This document shows, one piece after another, positions 59,520 to 64,000 of a DNA stretch of 64,000 nt. Every line of letters starts with the position of its first letter. Within the stretch, counting starts at the first letter, position 1. A program made the position numbers and the translations under genes. Under the pieces are notes generated by a model, which worked only from the letters and a program-made list of their open reading frames with translations, was not told where the DNA came from and searched no databases. The DNA comes from an uncultured Bacteroidota bacterium. GTDB taxonomy: Bacteria; Bacteroidota; Bacteroidia; Flavobacteriales; Flavobacteriaceae. Location of the stretch: the NCBI GenBank assembly GCA_902598305.1, contig CACKBL010000009.1, forward strand, positions 23,279 through 87,278, read 5' to 3'.

Positions 59520-60872
59520 TTGGAAGCTGTTTTTTTTCTTGGAAGATTTCATCCATTGCTAGTTCACTTGCCAATTGGTTTTTTGATTCTTGCTATTTTA
59601 ATTGAAGTTTATTGCTCTATTTTTAAAATTAGAATTAATCAGAGTGTAATCAATTTTACTTGGTTTGTAGCTTTCTTTTCCTCTGTCTTGACAACAATTC
59701 TAGGGCTTTTAATTGCAGAGACAGGTCATTACATAGATGAAAATTTATCTATGCATAAAATCTTTGGTTTGTCTTTAACAGGAATCACATTCATATCATG
59801 GTTTCTAAGGTTATCCATTTTTTCAAATTTATTTTCATCTTCACTAAAAACATTATCAAATGTCATAATCGTTATCCTTTTAACTTTAACGGGTCATTAC
59901 GGTGGAAATTTAACCCATGGTGAAACATATCTTGTGGATTATGCTCCAGAACAAATAAAAGAGCTAGTTGTTAATAAAAATAAAAACATAGAATTAGAAA
60001 TTGATTCTGTAAAAATTTACAATGACCTTATACAACCGATTTTTAATCAAAAGTGTGTTTCTTGCCACAACAAAGAAATATCTAGAGGAAATCTAAATAT
60101 GGATTCCTACAGTAATCTTCTAAAGGGTGGGAGTAGTGGTAATCCTATAAATAAATCTGACCCTAGAAAAAGCTTGTTGATAAAGAGAATTACTATGCCA
60201 ACAAGTGAACTCAAATATATGCCTCCAGATGGAGAGCCTGTATCATTTGATGAAATTAAAACTCTTATATGGTGGATAAATAATTTTGACAAATCGAATG
60301 AAAATTTAGCATCATTAAAAGTTGAGGATGATATAAAAGAATCACTTGAAATACTTTATAGTTTGAATTTTAAAGAAAAACAATGGTTCGAAAAAATCGT
60401 AGTAGAAAAATTAGATGAATCTTTAATTCAAAATATTGATAATACTACATTTCAAATTAAATACATTTCGGATGACAAAAAATTTCTGTCAGTAAAATAC
60501 TTAAAGAAAAATGCAAGTATTAATGATATTGAAAAACTTCAAAAAATTAGCAGTAATATTACCTATCTCACAGTAAAATCTTCAAATCTGTCTAATGATA
60601 TGATCAAAAGCATATCTAATTTTAAAAACATAGTAAAACTTGAGATTCAAGACAATAATATTGATGATGAAAGTATTGAAATTCTTCAATCACTCAATAA
60701 TCTTGAAATACTTAACATCCACAACACAAAAATTACAAATAGAGCTATTGAATCCCTTAAAAATTTTAAAAATTTAAAAAGGGCATATGTTTGGGGAACA
60801 AGTATATCTAAAAATGAAGTAGACGATTTTAACAGAAAGGATTCAAAGCTTAAATTAATTGGAGGGAATTAA
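59520..60872 (+). CDS. Membrane protein: DUF2231-like 4-TM domain + PSCyt1-type CxxCH domain + leucine-rich repeats
   Basis: FHPLLVHLPIGF (DUF2231-like). CxxCH CVSCH at 60054-60068, within IQPIFNQKCVSCHNKEISRGNLNM. C-terminal LRRs (LEIQDNNIDDESIEILQSLNNLEILNIHNTKITNRAIESLKNFKNLK). TTG start inferred. Confidence 0.7.
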   Translation: MEAVFFLGRFHPLLVHLPIGFLILAILIEVYCSIFKIRINQSVINFTWFVAFFSSVLTTILGLLIAETGHYIDENLSMHKIFGLSLTGITFISWFLRLSIFSNLFSSSLKTLSNVIIVILLTLTGHYGGNLTHGETYLVDYAPEQIKELVVNKNKNIELEIDSVKIYNDLIQPIFNQKCVSCHNKEISRGNLNMDSYSNLLKGGSSGNPINKSDPRKSLLIKRITMPTSELKYMPPDGEPVSFDEIKTLIWWINNFDKSNENLASLKVEDDIKESLEILYSLNFKEKQWFEKIVVEKLDESLIQNIDNTTFQIKYISDDKKFLSVKYLKKNASINDIEKLQKISSNITYLTVKSSNLSNDMIKSISNFKNIVKLEIQDNNIDDESIEILQSLNNLEILNIHNTKITNRAIESLKNFKNLKRAYVWGTSISKNEVDDFNRKDSKLKLIGGN

Positions 60873-60949
60873 TTTTTTCCAGAAATAAATAACTATAGTT
60901 CATAAAGAAAATAGATTATCAGTTAAGTTTAAAAAATATTAGTTTTAAT

Positions 60950-60957
60950 TAATTTTG
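60950..60957 (+). promoter_or_regulatory. Candidate -7 promoter box (TAnnTTTG) upstream of the haloperoxidase-like gene
   Basis: TAATTTTG ends 9 nt before the ATG at 60967, which would give a very short leader. Support is positional only. Confidence 0.3.
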
Positions 60958-60966
60958 TAATTATTT

Positions 60967-62316
60967 ATGAGGAAGGTATTTAAACACTTTATTATTTTAT
61001 TTTTGACTGTTAGCTGCGTAAGTAAAGAATTTAATCAAGATGAGCTTAATGATGCAGCACTTTTTCATTCTGCGATGCAAAACCTATCAGATATAATTGT
61101 GTATGATATTTTTTCTCCCCCTGTTGCCTCCAGAGTTTATCTATATCCTTCGATCGCGGCTTACGAACTAATGGCTAAAGACATGCCTCTAAAGTATAAA
61201 TCCCTTGTTGGTCAGGTAAAAGGATTAACAAAAATACCTGAACCAGATAAAATTTTTAAAAATTACAACTTAAATCTTACTATTTTATTTGCATTTAACA
61301 AAGTTGGAAGGGCACTTATTTTTTCAGATGAATTGATGGATAAGTTTGAAAAAAGGTTTAACGACAAGTTAATTTCAATGGGCGTACCTAAAAAAATAAA
61401 AACTGCCTCTGAAAAATACGCAGAAAGGGTTGCTAAGCATATTTTAAATTGGGCGAAAGACGACTTATATAATCAAACAAGAACATATTCAAAATATACA
61501 ATTTTAGAAGACGAGGTTTTTTGGAAACCCACGCCGCCAGATTACATGGATGGAATTGAACCTCACTGGAATAAAATTAGAACTTTAGTTTTAGACTCAG
61601 CAAATCAATTTGTTCCAAAAAAACCGTTAAAGTTTGATTTGACAAAGGGCAGTCCTTTTCAAAAGCAACTCCAAGAAGTTTATGAGATTGGAAATATAAT
61701 GGATCCTGAAAAGATTGAGATTGCAAAGTTTTGGGATTGTAACCCTTATGTAACGCACCATAGAGGACATGCAATGTTTGCAACCAAAAAAATAACACCA
61801 GGTGGACACTGGATTGGTATTACGGCTATTGCTGGTAGAACAGCAAATAGTAATTTTGGCGAAGTAGTAAATGCTTATGCCAATGTTTCAATTTCATTGT
61901 TCGACTCTTTTATTAGTTGCTGGGATGAAAAGTGGAGGTCTATATTGGTTAGACCAGAAACTCTAATTAATCAGCACTATGATGAAGAATGGTTACCTCT
62001 TCTACAAACCCCACCATTTCCCGAGTACACAAGTGGTCATTCAGTAATTTCTCGAGCTGCTGCAACATCTCTTACCAGATTATATGGTGACAATTTTAAA
62101 TTCACTGATACAACTGAGGTTGCATACGGTCTACCGTCAAGAAAATACAATTCATTTATTGAAGCTTCTGACGAAGCGGCTATATCTAGACTATATGGCG
62201 GTATACACTATAGAATGGCTATTGAGGAGGGAGTTTCGCAAGGAGTAAAGGTTGGAAATTTTATATCTGAGAATCTTAAGACAAACCTAGATTCTTACAA
62301 ATTAGCAACAAAATAA
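60967..62316 (+). CDS. PAP2-superfamily vanadium-haloperoxidase-like lipoprotein
   Basis: Lipobox LFLTVSC. PAP2/vanadate-site motifs K-x6-RP (KWRSILVRP, 61930-61956), SGH (62032-62040) and SR-x5-H (SRLYGGIH, 62185-62208). Confidence 0.75.
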   Translation: MRKVFKHFIILFLTVSCVSKEFNQDELNDAALFHSAMQNLSDIIVYDIFSPPVASRVYLYPSIAAYELMAKDMPLKYKSLVGQVKGLTKIPEPDKIFKNYNLNLTILFAFNKVGRALIFSDELMDKFEKRFNDKLISMGVPKKIKTASEKYAERVAKHILNWAKDDLYNQTRTYSKYTILEDEVFWKPTPPDYMDGIEPHWNKIRTLVLDSANQFVPKKPLKFDLTKGSPFQKQLQEVYEIGNIMDPEKIEIAKFWDCNPYVTHHRGHAMFATKKITPGGHWIGITAIAGRTANSNFGEVVNAYANVSISLFDSFISCWDEKWRSILVRPETLINQHYDEEWLPLLQTPPFPEYTSGHSVISRAAATSLTRLYGDNFKFTDTTEVAYGLPSRKYNSFIEASDEAAISRLYGGIHYRMAIEEGVSQGVKVGNFISENLKTNLDSYKLATK

Positions 62317-62405
62317 AAGTTTGTTTTTTTAAATATTTGTTTTATATCCCTGTTTTTGCTTATATTTATCGACTTATTAACATTTAATTAACAATATTCT
62401 CTGTT

Positions 62406-64000
62406 ATGAAAAAATTAATCTTAGAAAAATCAAAGTATATATTAACACTTTGTCTTCTTCTATTTGTATCACTAGGGTTTTCGCAATCTATATCAGGTAC
62501 TGTGACTGACGCGGAAACTGGTGATCCATTATTGGGGGTGACAATTGTTTTAAAAAATACAAATAAAGGAGTAGTTACTGATTTTGACGGTAACTATATA
62601 ATAAATAATGTTGAGCCAGGTGATTACACAATAGACCTGTCTTACATAGGGTATGGTCGTTTATCTCAAACTATTACAGTCGGAGCAGACGACGTAACAT
62701 ACGACTTTGTAATGTCTTTTTCAGCATCTAAACTTGATGAACTTGTTGTCACTGGTACGGGTGCTCCCGTTGCGAGAAAAAAAATAGGAAATAGTATTGG
62801 CTCAATTTCCACAGCAAAATTGGAAAACTTGCCTATAAATTCTTTTTCTGACATACTTCAAGGAAGAGAGCCTGGTTTGGTAGCTTTCCCCTCAGGAGGT
62901 CTGAATGGTGAAGGTGCACAAATTAGAATTCGCGGGAACGCTTCACTTTCTCAGTTAAATGAACCAATTATTATTGTCGATGGAGTTAGAGTCGATAGAG
63001 GCGGTGGTTTTGGAGGTTACATTAACACTGGTGGTGGTTCAAGTTCAAGGCTTGATGATATTAACCCAGAGGCAATTGAAAGAATAGAAATACTTAAGGG
63101 TGCTTCTGCAGCTACATTATTTGGGACTGAAGCAAGTAACGGTGTAATTCAAATTTTTACCAAAAAAGGGCAAATCGGTGCTCCAAAATTTAATTTTAAA
63201 GCAACACAAGGATGGATTAATTTTCCAAAAGGTAAATTTGCAGACAATACTGGTTGGACTTCAAGTGCGTCTACAGCCGCAAGGATGAGTACAGTTCTTG
63301 GAAGATCAGTTTCGCCTTATGAACTTGTAAGTTTCAACGCTACAGAAGATCTTTTTGAAACTGGTTTTAATAATATAGTCAACTTGAATGTTTCGGGAGG
63401 TAGTGAATTTATGACTTACTTCGCCTCTGCCAGATATCAATATTCAGATGGCCCTATTGGTGGTAAAGAAAGACAAGGATATCTTGAGGGGCAAAAAACG
63501 AATGCTTCAGATATTAATGAGATGGGTGGTTTTAATATTAATTTAAACATAAATCCAAGTGATAAATTTAATATTAGATTGACTTCAGGTTTTACTTCTA
63601 GATATCAAACAACACTACAAAATAATAACAACATTTATGGTACAGGTTCGTTAGCTCAATTTAGTAAACCTGAATTGGTAACCGAAAGTAATACAACCGG
63701 AGTAATTGCTTTTGCAACTGTAGATGAAACTTTACAATTGGGTTATAACACAAGAATAAACCACTATAATGGTAGTGTTGGACTTAATTATTATGCTACT
63801 GATTGGCTTAAGTTAGATGGTACTTTCGGAATCGATTACTCAGGCCAAGTGAGTGAAGATTTTTGGCCATTCCAATGGAATATTGATGGTTTTTCTGGTA
63901 GTAGACCAACTGGTCAATTATCTGTTGGAACTAGAGACTATATGGCTAAAACTGCTGAAATAAAAATAGTTATGGATAACAAACTTGGATCACTTACTTC
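62406..64000 (+). CDS. Second SusC/RagA-like TonB-dependent transporter, 3' end outside the window
   Basis: Hand translation from the ATG at 62406 is open to the window end; it is absent from the ORF track because there is no stop. MKKLILEKSKYILTLCLLLFVSLGFSQ signal. CarboxypepD_reg-like ISGTVTDAETGDPLLGVTIVLKNTNKGVVTDFDGNY. TonB-box-like DELVVTG. Plug IERIEILKGASAATLFGTEASNGVIQIFTKKG. Confidence 0.85.
   Translation, partial: MKKLILEKSKYILTLCLLLFVSLGFSQSISGTVTDAETGDPLLGVTIVLKNTNKGVVTDFDGNYIINNVEPGDYTIDLSYIGYGRLSQTITVGADDVTYDFVMSFSASKLDELVVTGTGAPVARKKIGNSIGSISTAKLENLPINSFSDILQGREPGLVAFPSGGLNGEGAQIRIRGNASLSQLNEPIIIVDGVRVDRGGGFGGYINTGGGSSSRLDDINPEAIERIEILKGASAATLFGTEASNGVIQIFTKKGQIGAPKFNFKATQGWINFPKGKFADNTGWTSSASTAARMSTVLGRSVSPYELVSFNATEDLFETGFNNIVNLNVSGGSEFMTYFASARYQYSDGPIGGKERQGYLEGQKTNASDINEMGGFNINLNINPSDKFNIRLTSGFTSRYQTTLQNNNNIYGTGSLAQFSKPELVTESNTTGVIAFATVDETLQLGYNTRINHYNGSVGLNYYATDWLKLDGTFGIDYSGQVSEDFWPFQWNIDGFSGSRPTGQLSVGTRDYMAKTAEIKIVMDNKLGSLT

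Overview
This is a 64-kb, AT-rich, very gene-dense chromosomal segment. All calls come from reading the supplied translations and raw sequence by eye; no searches were run. Its hallmarks point to a streamlined marine Flavobacteriia/Bacteroidota genome: SusC/SusD pairs, many lipoproteins, TAnnTTTG-type -7 promoter boxes, a Rho with an N-terminal low-complexity insertion, folP-cdaA synteny, DUF4293/DUF1599 genes and an LmbE/BshB1-type deacetylase.

Bases 1-31.4 kb are mostly housekeeping genes:
- secDF 3' end, lgt, yidD, cysS, folE, proS, tRNA-Glu, rpsT, rho
- truA, an MsbA-like ABC exporter, cdaA, folP, tpiA, prmA, clpS
- Gpx, a Cys/Met PLP enzyme and a BshB1-like deacetylase

These are interrupted by a GH2 beta-galactosidase and by a small redox/aminotransferase cluster. 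That cluster holds a Tat-signal HisC-like aminotransferase, a three-domain desaturase-Rieske-FNR fusion oxygenase and a Gfo/Idh/MocA dehydrogenase.

Bases 31.5-38.3 kb start at tRNA-His and form an accessory-looking patch. It contains small membrane proteins, an SGNH hydrolase, two beta-lactamase-family serine hydrolases and an NTF2-like protein. It also holds an unannotated 28-codon ORF encoding 11 cysteines.

Bases 38.4-64 kb are one plus-strand PUL-like super-locus:
- a relatively GC-rich SusC/SusD pair with its own terminator
- three tandem ~1090-aa FG-GAP/VCBS + ASPIC/UnbV lipoprotein paralogs, with a small lipoprotein wedged between copies 1 and 2
- a planctomycete-type PSCyt/DUF1549-LamG-DUF1553 protein and a DUF1501 Tat protein
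- a Tat NHL-like propeller and a DUF2231-cytochrome-LRR membrane protein
- a vanadium-haloperoxidase/PAP2-like lipoprotein and a second SusC-like receptor that runs off the window

I recognised no glycoside hydrolase, lyase, sulfatase or regulator inside this locus. I consider it the best candidate for an uncharacterised system. No CRISPR array, transposase, integrase, rRNA or recognisable defence system was seen.
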